This document shows, in pieces, positions 47,744-56,677 of a DNA stretch of 64,000 bases. Source of the stretch: Vulcanimicrobiota bacterium (GTDB taxonomy: Bacteria > Vulcanimicrobiota > Xenobia > Xenobiales > JADMJV01); contig JBFWNU010000004.1 in assembly GCA_050250895.1 (NCBI GenBank), positions 398,934-462,933 on the forward strand. Direction: 5' to 3'. The notes beneath the pieces were generated by a model. That model did not search any database and was not told where the DNA came from. It worked only from the letters and a program-made list of their open reading frames with translations. The first letter of the stretch is position 1, and every line of letters starts with the position of its first letter. A program made the position numbers and the translations under genes.

Positions 47744-49621
47744 CTAGGTCGGGCTGCGCTCGAGGGTGAAGTCGCCGACGGTGACCTGGTCGTCTTCGAC
47801 CTCGCATTGGGGGGTCGGGCCGTTCGAGCCAATCAGACTGTAATAGAGCTGGCCGTCGAGCTTGGCCAGTCGCTCGAAGGCCTGGTTGACGGCGGCCTCG
47901 TCCTTGGCCCCATCGAGCTCGGCCAGCAGTGCAGGCACCAGCTTGTCGTCCTGGATCAGGTCGGCGACCTTGCCGATGGCCGTGCTCAGGCCCGCCACTA
48001 CCCGAGGACGGTCGATGGCCGACAGCTGCGAGTAGATGGCCTGGCCGGCAACTGCAAATACTGCCGGGCCGGGCTTCTCGGTTGCGGCCAGAGCATCGAC
48101 CAGAGCGCTCGGCACAGCCAACCTGGTAGCGGGGTCCTGATAATCTTGCGAGGCCAACCGAGCAGCCTCTCGAAACACAATTTGGTTGATCGGGTCGGTG
48201 AACTTGGCCAGCTCGAGGCCACGGCTTAGCACCCAGCGCTTTTCGATACCTGACTGTTGGAACTCGGCCCCTGCTTCTTGAATGACCTGAGCCAGCGCCC
48301 GACTGGGCGGGCCCTCTGGCTGGCTGCGCAGCAGAATGTCGGTAGCCTGAAGACGATCCTTGAGATTCTCGGTAGGCGTGGCCGCTATCTCACGGGCCAA
48401 AGTGGCGCGGCTTCCCTCGGCCAGGCCAGCGAGAACGCCCAGGGCAATCAGGTCGGTCGATTTCTCTTTTGTCAGGTGGCGAGTGGCCTTCACCATGGCC
48501 GGCAAGCCAGGGTCAGGGTCGTCGGCCAGGAGCTCAAACATCGACTGAAGAAAGCGAAACCGCTCGCCCTGGTCGCCCGAGGCCAGGGCCCGGTCGGCGG
48601 CCTGGCAATAGTCAAGGGCCAGAGTGTCGCCCTGCATCTGGCGCAGAACCTTCAGGCCGTCGGCGGCGGCCGCCAGACCATCACGCCACATGAAGGTGTT
48701 GGCGAGCAAGGCGCTCAGAAAACGAGCCAGATTGGGTTGGTCCTGCGTCAACTCGGCCAGAGCCACACTGGTAGCCTGCCAGCTGCGTTCGCGATGGTGG
48801 GGCTCGCGTTGACCGATACCCGTCAGAATCTGTTGGATGGCGGCCGTGGCCGGGTCCGAGCCAAGCTCGCGCTGGTTTTCGGCCAGCTCGAGAACTCGCT
48901 CCAAACCCGCTCCGGCAGGAGCCAGGCCATCCAGGCTAGTGAACACCTGGCGCCAGCCCGGCGCCAGGCGGGCCAGGCAGACGGGGGAAAGTTTCTCGCG
49001 CACACTCGCCTCAGAGCTCGTAAACACGGCCCGCGCCAGCCCCAGCGGAGTCTTCTGATCGAGGCTTTGCAGCAGCGAGACGCTGTCAGCCCCAGCATCC
49101 TTCAGGTCAAGAAGCATCTGACGGTTGTCGGCCTCGAGGCTGGGGAGTCTTTGCTCCACAGCCAGTTCGGCCAGAGCGGGGCGCCGGCTGGCCGGCCCCT
49201 GGGGATCGGCCAGAAAAGCGATGGCTGCCATTGCATCGTCGGTGCGCTGGAAGCTGGCGACCAGCGGGTCGCGGGATACGTCGGCAATGACCTTGAGGGC
49301 TGCCTCCGGGTGGGGCTCTGGACTGGACTCGAGCAACAGTAAGGCCAGACTGGCCAGGCCAGGCGCCATACCAGCCAGGGGGGACGGATGATAGATCAAC
49401 CGACCGAACAGCTTGTGATATTGCTTAAGGCGCACCGCGGGGTCGGGGGAGACGGTCACCTCGGCGAGTCTGTCGAGTCCGGCGTAGAAATCGCCCTGCT
49501 GGGCCAACTCGTCGAGTGCTGCCTCGGCGGCGGCCACCCGCTTAGACTCGGCGTTGAACAGGTGAAAGGCACTCAGAGCGTCATATCCCCGCTGGGCAAT
49601 GCCTTGGACCGTGCTCGCCAT
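47744..49621 (-). CDS. Hypothetical helical protein with conserved C-terminal motif
   Basis: 625-aa Ala/Leu-rich ORF ending EVEDDQVTVGDFTLERSPT. Confidence 0.7.
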   Translation of the reverse strand: MASTVQGIAQRGYDALSAFHLFNAESKRVAAAEAALDELAQQGDFYAGLDRLAEVTVSPDPAVRLKQYHKLFGRLIYHPSPLAGMAPGLASLALLLLESSPEPHPEAALKVIADVSRDPLVASFQRTDDAMAAIAFLADPQGPASRRPALAELAVEQRLPSLEADNRQMLLDLKDAGADSVSLLQSLDQKTPLGLARAVFTSSEASVREKLSPVCLARLAPGWRQVFTSLDGLAPAGAGLERVLELAENQRELGSDPATAAIQQILTGIGQREPHHRERSWQATSVALAELTQDQPNLARFLSALLANTFMWRDGLAAAADGLKVLRQMQGDTLALDYCQAADRALASGDQGERFRFLQSMFELLADDPDPGLPAMVKATRHLTKEKSTDLIALGVLAGLAEGSRATLAREIAATPTENLKDRLQATDILLRSQPEGPPSRALAQVIQEAGAEFQQSGIEKRWVLSRGLELAKFTDPINQIVFREAARLASQDYQDPATRLAVPSALVDALAATEKPGPAVFAVAGQAIYSQLSAIDRPRVVAGLSTAIGKVADLIQDDKLVPALLAELDGAKDEAAVNQAFERLAKLDGQLYYSLIGSNGPTPQCEVEDDQVTVGDFTLERSPT

Positions 49622-49630
49622 AACCCCAGA

Positions 49631-49659
49631 TTAACGGGTATCCGGCTCCGACTGGTTGC
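49631..49659 (-). promoter_or_regulatory. Putative ECF-sigma-like promoter GCAACC-N16-CCGTTAA
   Basis: Matches the 22963-22991 motif; 9 nt before ATG 49621. Confidence 0.5.
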
Positions 49660-49691
49660 CGGCTTTTGAAAAGATCGGCCTGGCGGAAGTT

Positions 49692-49770
49692 TGTTTACAC
49701 GAGCTTAACAAGACGGACACAAGGGTGAGGCTCATCCAGCTTTCAGACAGGCTTGCGCCGGTATGCTAAG
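49692..49770 (+). promoter_or_regulatory. Putative promoter of sRNA copy 1
   Basis: TGTTTACA, CATCCAGCTTTCAGAC and GGTATGCT blocks at the same spacing as in copy 2, with divergent spacers. Confidence 0.55.
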
Positions 49771-49773
49771 GGC

Positions 49774-49922
49774 ACAACATACAGCGGACACGAAAACGAC
49801 CCTCCTGCACAAGTCGAATCGTGTCCCGCCGGCAAAGGGAAATTGGCGTGGACCTTCGTCGGCATTCATAGATGACCATACGGACCTCAATGACCCGCGG
49901 AACCCGCGGGTCATTTACTTTT
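49774..49922 (+). ncRNA. Candidate structured small RNA, copy 1
   Basis: Two hairpins (the first with CCTCCT in its loop) plus terminator AATGACCCGCG-GAACC-CGCGGGTCATTTACTTTT; near-identical copy at 51065; 5' end inferred from the -10 position. Confidence 0.6.
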
Positions 49923-50940
49923 CCAGACCCAGCAGGCGAACCACGGCCGGGCGGGCGGCCAACAGCTCGTCCTTCCTTTGCTTTTCCCAATCGACCCGAA
50001 TATAGGCGCGGCAACGGCCGGCAAAGGCAATGCGAGCCTCGAGCCGTTCCACCTGCGCGTCCAGTCCGGCCACGACCCGCCTGGCCTCGCGAGGTCGGCC
50101 ACCGGCGGCCAGGAGCAACTCGAGCACTTCTACCCGGCCTTCCACCCCGGCCCACTCGACCGCCTCGGCCAACTGGGCCCGGGCCCCGCGGGCCAACAAC
50201 CAGGAGACTTCAGCCGCCAGGCCGCGTCCGGCGGCCACAGGCAAAGCGGGGGAAAGGTCCACCGCTCCCAGACTGGTGAGAATCACGATGGGAGTGTCTG
50301 CCTGAGAAGAGTCCCAGGCACAGGCAGCCGCTACCGCCTCGGGGGTGGGGCGAGCCCCGCGAGCCAGCAGAGCCTTCACCTGGGCCAGATCCCGACGCAG
50401 GCACATGGCGGCGAGCGCCTGGTCCCGGCGGTGGGTGGCGGCCGCCAGCGTCGCATAGACCGCTCGTCGGTCATCCTTGGCGGCCAGGTCGAGCGGCAGC
50501 CGGCCCTCAACGTCGAGCAGATCCGCATCAGCCCCGGCGGCCAGCAATATCCGCACAGCCTCTTCGCGGCCCAACCAGGCCGCATCATGCAAGGGGGTGT
50601 GGCCCTGCTCGTCCACCGCATTAACCTCGGCGCCTGCTGCGAGCAACATCCTCAGGCAATCGAGGTGATCCAGGCGAGCGGCCACGTGCAGCGGTTGCTC
50701 ACCATAGAGGTTGCGAGCCTCGAGGCTAGCTCCTCGATCTAACAGCAGGCGCACACACTTCAACGCACTCAGACTGACCGCCTTGATTAGGGGGGTGTGG
50801 TCATAGGTGTCCTTTTCATCCAGCGAGTGGCTCTCGAGCCAGCGAGCCAGACGGTGGGTGTCATCAGTGTTCAAGGCCTCTTCCAATTCGCTGGCCAGAG
50901 CCGGGGTAAAGAGTAGCAAGAGCAGCAACAGAATCCGCAT
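49915..50940 (-). CDS. Secreted ankyrin repeat protein
   Basis: Signal peptide MRILLLLLLLFTPALA; TPLIKA, QPLHVAA, TPLHDAA, PLDLAA repeats. Confidence 0.88.
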   Translation of the reverse strand: MRILLLLLLLFTPALASELEEALNTDDTHRLARWLESHSLDEKDTYDHTPLIKAVSLSALKCVRLLLDRGASLEARNLYGEQPLHVAARLDHLDCLRMLLAAGAEVNAVDEQGHTPLHDAAWLGREEAVRILLAAGADADLLDVEGRLPLDLAAKDDRRAVYATLAAATHRRDQALAAMCLRRDLAQVKALLARGARPTPEAVAAACAWDSSQADTPIVILTSLGAVDLSPALPVAAGRGLAAEVSWLLARGARAQLAEAVEWAGVEGRVEVLELLLAAGGRPREARRVVAGLDAQVERLEARIAFAGRCRAYIRVDWEKQRKDELLAARPAVVRLLGLEK

Positions 50941-50982
50941 TCTCGAGTGGTCGCGAGCCGAGGCGGACTATTCCGGCGAAGG

Positions 50983-51061
50983 TGTTTACAAAGCGGTTAC
51001 GGGCCGGCAACAACGCCCGGGTGCATCCAGCTTTCAGACCGCACCCGGGCGGTATGCTAAG
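50983..51061 (+). promoter_or_regulatory. Putative promoter of sRNA copy 2
   Basis: Same three blocks and spacing as 49692-49770. Confidence 0.55.
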
Positions 51062-51064
51062 GGC

Positions 51065-51211
51065 ACAACATACAGCGGACACGAAACGACCCTCCTGCAC
51101 AATCGAATCGTGTCCCGCCGGTAAAGGGAAATTGGCGTGGACCTTTGTCGGCATTCATAGATGACCATACGGACCTAAATGACCCGCGAAGCTTCGCGGG
51201 TCATTTACTTT
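51065..51211 (+). ncRNA. Candidate structured small RNA, copy 2
   Basis: Paralog of 49774-49922; terminator AAATGACCCGCGAAGCTTCGCGGGTCATTTACTTT; substitutions largely keep the stems. Confidence 0.6.
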
Positions 51212-51213
51212 GG

Positions 51214-51609
51214 CTATTTGTCGTCGACGCGGAAGAATAGGGCCAGAAAGAAGAAGGCAAAGGCCAGATCCAGCGGTCCATAAGCAGAGTAGAAGGTGGC
51301 CGCCAGCCAGTTGGTCTTCCACATGCTAGGCAACTGGGTGAAGTGACCCCACTGCCACCAACACCAGGAGCCGAAGTAGAAGACCTTCTCGAGGACGAAC
51401 ACCAGCAGAATCTCGGGAGCCTTCGAGTGGCGCCCCGCCATGGCCATGAAGGCTAATCCCCAGACCATGATGAGGGCCATCCCCCACATCGAAAACAGCT
51501 CGGGGAAGTAGGTCCCGACGCTGAAATCCCGCATACCCCGGGTGAACGTCAGCACTCCCAGGATGTTGAACAGGCCGGCCGCTACCAGCCCCTTAGAGAA
51601 TTTCTTCAT
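51214..51609 (-). CDS. Membrane protein (4 TM)
   Basis: MKKFSKGLVAAG...LIMVWGLAF...EKVFY...YGPLD. Confidence 0.75.
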   Translation of the reverse strand: MKKFSKGLVAAGLFNILGVLTFTRGMRDFSVGTYFPELFSMWGMALIMVWGLAFMAMAGRHSKAPEILLVFVLEKVFYFGSWCWWQWGHFTQLPSMWKTNWLAATFYSAYGPLDLAFAFFFLALFFRVDDK

Positions 51610-52126
51610 TTCGTTTGTCCCCCTTTGCAAATGGTTGTCGCTTCAACGACAGGTCGTCGGCCAGTGGCTGGCACCAGCCGTAAAAGCGCCGATGGTCAAA
51701 ACCGGGCGCGGCCATCCCGATGAACGAAATGGTTTCGCCGAAGAAATGGTCGGTGGCAATCACGATGCGGTTGTTCCCCTGTAAGTAGACTAACTCCTGG
51801 GGCCCGCCGGTGCGACCAAGCTTTGCATAGACCTGAGCTCGGGAATAACTCTGGTCGAGCACGAGCTGTTCGTCTTGAAACAGGTGGCTCGTCTGGAACG
51901 CCACCACCCGGCCGTCTTCGAAGAAGCACCGCCAGACGTCGGCCGGCGGTGGCCACAGCGCTTCGTCCGGTTCATCATACCCGGTGGGAGGTTCACCTAG
52001 AATCGCAATCACCTCGGAGCGCGCCATGCCCAGGCGGACCTCGTGACCCCCCGAGAAACCACCGGCCGCTTCCAGTCGACGGTCAGCCCGCCCGCCCGGA
52101 GACCGCCCATGAACGGCATAGTTCAA
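51593..52126 (-). CDS. Hypothetical protein (BamE/SmpA-like repeats), paralog A
   Basis: GHEVRLGMARSEVIAILGEPP; paralog of the next gene; start uncertain. Confidence 0.6.
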   Translation of the reverse strand: MNYAVHGRSPGGRADRRLEAAGGFSGGHEVRLGMARSEVIAILGEPPTGYDEPDEALWPPPADVWRCFFEDGRVVAFQTSHLFQDEQLVLDQSYSRAQVYAKLGRTGGPQELVYLQGNNRIVIATDHFFGETISFIGMAAPGFDHRRFYGWCQPLADDLSLKRQPFAKGDKRNEEIL

Positions 52127-52145
52127 GAGCCGGATGGCCGATCTC

Positions 52146-52730
52146 CTACTCGGGGATGGGCCGACACCAAAACCTGAACTGCTCCAGGTCGAATCCCGGC
52201 GCAGCCACGCCGATGTATCGGACGCTCCACCCCACGAACTGCTCGAACTCGATCACTACGAACTGGTCTCCTTGTCGATATACCAGCCGCTCAATCTCAC
52301 CTTCCCTGGCGTGGATGCGGGGCTCCCCGAGCGCGTCCAAAACGTCTTGTCGGGAAACCCGATGGTCCAACATGCGAAAAGGGCCCTGATAAAGGCTGTC
52401 GGTTTGGAACGCCACGACCCGCCCGTCTCGCAAGAAGCATCTCCACACCCCGTCGCGCGTGCCCCAGAGCATCTCGTCCCGCCCGTCATAGAGTTCTGGC
52501 GGCGGACCCAGCAATTCCAGTAAGTCGCCCCGCGTCATGCCCAGGCGAATCTCGTGGCCGTCGCCGTAAGCCTGAAGCGGACGGCTCCAGTCGACCCGCG
52601 CCGAACCGGCCTTCGGGCTCCGCGGGGTCGCGTCTGGATTGAACGCCAGACCAAGGCACCCCAGGAGCGCAACCAGCCAAACCAGGTTCATCCTTGCAGC
52701 CGGAAAATGCAATGCTCTGGATATTCTCAT
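52146..52730 (-). CDS. Hypothetical membrane-anchored protein (BamE/SmpA-like repeats), paralog B
   Basis: N-terminal hydrophobic segment; GHEIRLGMTRGDLLELLGPPP...FWCRP. Confidence 0.65.
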   Translation of the reverse strand: MRISRALHFPAARMNLVWLVALLGCLGLAFNPDATPRSPKAGSARVDWSRPLQAYGDGHEIRLGMTRGDLLELLGPPPELYDGRDEMLWGTRDGVWRCFLRDGRVVAFQTDSLYQGPFRMLDHRVSRQDVLDALGEPRIHAREGEIERLVYRQGDQFVVIEFEQFVGWSVRYIGVAAPGFDLEQFRFWCRPIPE

Positions 52731-52806
52731 AACGGTGGCACTCCAAACTTCAAGACCGCTGGCAGGACGCCCTCTGCCGCACCTGAGTCCGGAGTTGAGA
52801 GAACCG

Positions 52807-54288
52807 CTAGCTCGGGCCCGGCGAGCAGTCTAAGACTATCAGGGCGATGTTGTCCTGCCCGCCGGGGTGGGGTTCGATGCCGGTGAGCGCGAGCTGGACC
52901 AACTGACCGGCAAATTCGCCCGGCTGCTGACCGAAAAACTTCCACAACCGGTGGATGTGCTCGGGCCCCACCGAGGTCTCGGGCTGGCGATAGTGGCACT
53001 CGTTGATACCGTCGGTATAAAGTAGTAGCGCACCCCGCTCGGGAAGTGAGAAGTGGACCAATTGCCAGTCGTGGGGCTCGGGAGGGTTGTTGAAATAGAA
53101 GAATTGCTTGTGCTCTCGAGTGTGAACGCGGCATTGCCCGGCATCCACGGTAGCCAGGCTGCTGTCACCCACCGAGAGGGCAAAACCCACTCGCCCCGGC
53201 AAGTCCACCACGGCCACCAGCAGCGTGCTACCGCCCCCGACTGGCAGGGCCGGCTCGGCCAGTTCGACGAGCACCCGGCGCAACTGCGTTTCATCCTGGG
53301 GAATGGATGTACGGGACAACCATTCGATGAGAGCGTGGCTCGTCTGGTTTCCAAAGTGACCGTCAGCCACGGCCAAGAGGTAGCGGCCGTCTTGGTGCAC
53401 CAGCAGAAGGGCATCCTCGTTGGCCTTGGTCTCGTCCCCTTTGTAAGCAAGCGAGGGCGAGGCTCTGTCCTGGCCTACGCTCAGGCAGGCGATCGCTCCG
53501 GCCAGTTCTTGCTGATCCCACTCTCCGTAGTCGGTATGATCGCGTCCCAACAGCAACAATCGCTCGGGGGCGGCGGCCGTGGGCAGGGGACCGGGTGCCA
53601 CCTCGCAGACCAGCCCGAAATGGTCGCTAGGCCACAGCTCGGGATTGCCAGCCACCGGCACCGTTCCTACCAGATCGATGCGGCCAGGGGTCATCCCCTT
53701 GCACAACACCCGGTCAAACCGCACTCGCTTGGGTTGACCCGAGAGAGCCAGCCGCATGCCGTTGAGCTCGGTGTCTTCGGTGTATCCGGGGTCGTCTGGA
53801 TGCAGCTCTTGCCAGGCATCGAGATAGTGGCAGGGAAGGCGCTGATTCTCGGGCCAATCCGGGGCAAAGTTGAAATCGCCCACCAGGACCACTCGGGGAA
53901 AGCGCTCTAGAAAATCGAAGACTTCAGCCAGTTGCTCGAGCCGGCGGTCTCGCTGGGCGGCCGTACTCTCGAGATGCACGTTGGCCACCGTCACGCCGTC
54001 TTCGGTTCGAAACCACTGAAGCTGTCTGCCCTGGCCGCTGGGCAGACGCAACTGGCCGCGCTCCTTCCAGGGGCGCTTCGAGACGATGGCCAATCCGGCC
54101 TGACCCGGCCAGCCTGGCCACAGCCCCTGCTCGGCAAAGAGCAGGCGAAAGGTGTCGATCGTGCGGACGCTGACTTCTTGAAAGGCCACCAGGTCCGGAC
54201 GCTGCCGGTCGATCTCCTCGCGCACAGCCCGCAACCTGGCCTCTTGGTGATGGTCTTTCCAACAGAGGTTCCAGGTGAGCAGCCGCAT
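52807..54288 (-). CDS. EEP (TDP2-like) nuclease/phosphatase fused to a PP2C-type phosphatase
   Basis: TWNL, FQEV, NVHLES, GDFN, RFDR, SDHFG, then NEDA, VADGH, VGDS, TDGI, QDNIA. Confidence 0.85.
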   Translation of the reverse strand: MRLLTWNLCWKDHHQEARLRAVREEIDRQRPDLVAFQEVSVRTIDTFRLLFAEQGLWPGWPGQAGLAIVSKRPWKERGQLRLPSGQGRQLQWFRTEDGVTVANVHLESTAAQRDRRLEQLAEVFDFLERFPRVVLVGDFNFAPDWPENQRLPCHYLDAWQELHPDDPGYTEDTELNGMRLALSGQPKRVRFDRVLCKGMTPGRIDLVGTVPVAGNPELWPSDHFGLVCEVAPGPLPTAAAPERLLLLGRDHTDYGEWDQQELAGAIACLSVGQDRASPSLAYKGDETKANEDALLLVHQDGRYLLAVADGHFGNQTSHALIEWLSRTSIPQDETQLRRVLVELAEPALPVGGGSTLLVAVVDLPGRVGFALSVGDSSLATVDAGQCRVHTREHKQFFYFNNPPEPHDWQLVHFSLPERGALLLYTDGINECHYRQPETSVGPEHIHRLWKFFGQQPGEFAGQLVQLALTGIEPHPGGQDNIALIVLDCSPGPS

Positions 54289-54295
54289 CAGGCTC

Positions 54296-56275
54296 CTACC
54301 CGGCCTCTTCCGAGGACAGGTTCTCCCAAAGAAAGGCCATTTTGTCGGCGTTTTGCTCGATACGCATCCAGCGCGGCATGCCGAACCCGTGCCCGATGTT
54401 GGCCTGGGTGCGCAGCAAAACCGGATTCTCGTTGCCTGCCGACTGCATCTCGGCAGCCAACTTGTAGCTGTGCGATGGAGTGACGCGGTCGTCGTGGTCG
54501 CCGGTCATGATCATGGTGGCCGGGTAGTTCGTGTCGTCTTTGACGTTGTGCAGCGGAGAGTAGCTCAGCATGTTCTTGAACAGGTTGGGCTTTTCCACTT
54601 CACCGTATTCGTGAATCCAGTGATAGCCACCGGTAAACTTGGCGAATCGAAGCATATCGTGCACGCCCACCTCGGGAATGGCCGCGCCAAAAAGATCGGG
54701 GCGCTGCAGTTCGGTGGCCGCCACCAGTAGGCCGCCGTTGCTGCCGCCACCGATCCCCAGATTCTTGGGACTAGTGATGCCTTCTTTGATCAGGGTTTCA
54801 CCGGCACCGATGAAATCGTCGAAGACGTTTTGCTTCTTCAGACGCATACCGTCTTTGTGCCACTGCTCCCCATTCTCTCCGCCTCCGCGCAGGCAGGCGG
54901 TGGCATAGACTCCCCCCGCTTCTAACCAGGGCAGCTTGGTCCAATCAAACCCCGGATTGATGCTCACGTCAAAACCGCCGTAGGCATACAGATAGGTCGG
55001 GCGCTTGCCGTCCATCTCGAGATCGGCGCGATGGGTGACGTAGACCGGCACCTGGGTGCCGTCTTTGCTCTCGCTCATGACCAGGCGAGTCACGTAGCGG
55101 TCCGACGGGTAGGAGGTAGACGGCCTGTAATACTCGCTGCTCTGGCCGGTCTTGACATCAAGACTATAGATGGTGACGGGCTGCGTAGGGCTGCTGAAAT
55201 GGTAAAGCAGTTTGCCGTCGGGACATTCATACATCCCGCTGACGGTGCCCATTCCAGGCAGCTCGATCTCGCCCAGACTGTTGCCTTCGCGGTCGAAGCG
55301 CATCAGTTGCGAGTGCCCGTCTTTGAGATAGTTGGCAAAAATCTGGTTGTGAGCGAAAGCGGCATCGCTGAGATTGAGGTCACCACCGGGAACGACCACG
55401 GTCTGCTCTTCATGCTCGTCGTCCCAGGCCAGAATCGCTCCCTTGGGATACATCGGTCCTTTGGCCAACACGATGTTGTGGCCCTCGGCATCGTCGCCCA
55501 GGCGACTCCAGGAGTTGCCGTCTACGGATTTATAGCTCCAGTCTTGCAAGGGCTCGGGCAATCCGGGTGAATCGGCCGATCGATCCGAGGTCTGGGGCGT
55601 GGCCAACTCGTGGTAACATTGGTCCTGGTGAACCACCACTTCAGAGATAGCCATGCCTTCTTGAGGCGGCTGGTATTTGTTGTAGTAGAAGCCCTTGGAA
55701 TCAGCGCTCCAGCTGATATCGTCGGCTCCGTAGCGGCCGTTGTCTAGCGTTTCGTCATAATCAAGACCGGTCTTGAGGTCGCGAATCCGCCACTCCATCT
55801 CGTCGGTGCCGTTGGTGCGAATGCCGTAGGCGAGAGACTGGCCGTCGGGACTGACCTTCCACTGGTCGATAGAGATGTGACCGTCTTCCGAGAACTCGTT
55901 GGGGTCCATCAGCACGGTCTCTTCACCGGAGCCGATCTCCTGCCGACAAATCAAGGGGTGATTCTGGGTTGTCGCCTTGCTGTAATAGAGAACATTGCCC
56001 TCCACCTGTTTAATGGCGTGAGTTTCGATATCGATGGCGCTGAGGGCCTTGGCGAAATCAGCCCGCTCGGGAATCTGCCCCAGGTATTCCTCGGTCAGCC
56101 TGTTCTCTTCCTGGACGAAGGCCCGGGTCTGGGGGGCGTTGAGCTTCTCCAGAGGACGGAAGGGGTCGGCAACGGTGACGCCGTGAATCTCCTCTTCCGT
56201 GTTATCGTTCGGGGCATCGGGATAGGCTTGCTGTTTCCCCTGAGGGAGTTTGATTTGGGCGGTCCTGATCAACAT
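54296..56275 (-). CDS. Prolyl oligopeptidase (S9A)
   Basis: ADPFRPLE, SKDGTQVP, YGGF, RGGGE, GGSNGG, DHDDRV, GHG. Confidence 0.93.
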   Translation of the reverse strand: MLIRTAQIKLPQGKQQAYPDAPNDNTEEEIHGVTVADPFRPLEKLNAPQTRAFVQEENRLTEEYLGQIPERADFAKALSAIDIETHAIKQVEGNVLYYSKATTQNHPLICRQEIGSGEETVLMDPNEFSEDGHISIDQWKVSPDGQSLAYGIRTNGTDEMEWRIRDLKTGLDYDETLDNGRYGADDISWSADSKGFYYNKYQPPQEGMAISEVVVHQDQCYHELATPQTSDRSADSPGLPEPLQDWSYKSVDGNSWSRLGDDAEGHNIVLAKGPMYPKGAILAWDDEHEEQTVVVPGGDLNLSDAAFAHNQIFANYLKDGHSQLMRFDREGNSLGEIELPGMGTVSGMYECPDGKLLYHFSSPTQPVTIYSLDVKTGQSSEYYRPSTSYPSDRYVTRLVMSESKDGTQVPVYVTHRADLEMDGKRPTYLYAYGGFDVSINPGFDWTKLPWLEAGGVYATACLRGGGENGEQWHKDGMRLKKQNVFDDFIGAGETLIKEGITSPKNLGIGGGSNGGLLVAATELQRPDLFGAAIPEVGVHDMLRFAKFTGGYHWIHEYGEVEKPNLFKNMLSYSPLHNVKDDTNYPATMIMTGDHDDRVTPSHSYKLAAEMQSAGNENPVLLRTQANIGHGFGMPRWMRIEQNADKMAFLWENLSSEEAG

Positions 56276-56419
56276 GAGGCCATTTAACCCTGCGAAACGC
56301 CCAAATCTGTGGCAAAGTTGTTACCAATCGGGTACGGCCGGAGTGAGATCCCACTTGACCATCGACCAACGAGTCGATACCATGACTCATGACGATACAC
56401 AATGTGATTCGGAGTAAGT

Positions 56420-56677
56420 ATGAAACAGTTGAGCGTTCGAGGGTTCGACCCGGAGTTAGCGGAGACCCTCAGGACCATGGCTGAAGAAAACGGTATCAGC
56501 CTGAGTCAGGCCGCCCTACGCTTGATGAAGAAGGGTGCCGGTCTGGGAGAGGGCGGCCGAGAGCGAATCGGCAGCGCTCTGGACCGCTTCATTGGCACCA
56601 TGGACGACCAGGAGGTTGCCGAGTTCGAGAGTTCGATCAGGCCTTGCGAAGAGATCGACGAGGAGTTCTGGCGGTGA
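56420..56677 (+). CDS. vapB: RHH-type antitoxin (FitA/VapB-like)
   Basis: MKQLSVRGFD...A...GISLSQ; GTGA overlap with the PIN toxin. Confidence 0.8.
   Translation: MKQLSVRGFDPELAETLRTMAEENGISLSQAALRLMKKGAGLGEGGRERIGSALDRFIGTMDDQEVAEFESSIRPCEEIDEEFWR

Noticed and set aside
49732-49791. Small minus-strand peptide (VSAVCCALSIP...) after AGGAGG in the duplicated element, as a type I toxin
   Set aside because: Its length and C-terminus are not conserved between copies (stop after 19 aa in copy 1, read-through in copy 2), and promoter/terminator polarity favours a plus-strand RNA. Not fully excluded.
49733-51211. Composite transposon carrying the ankyrin gene
   Set aside because: The copies are direct repeats with no transposase, terminal inverted repeats or target-site duplication visible.
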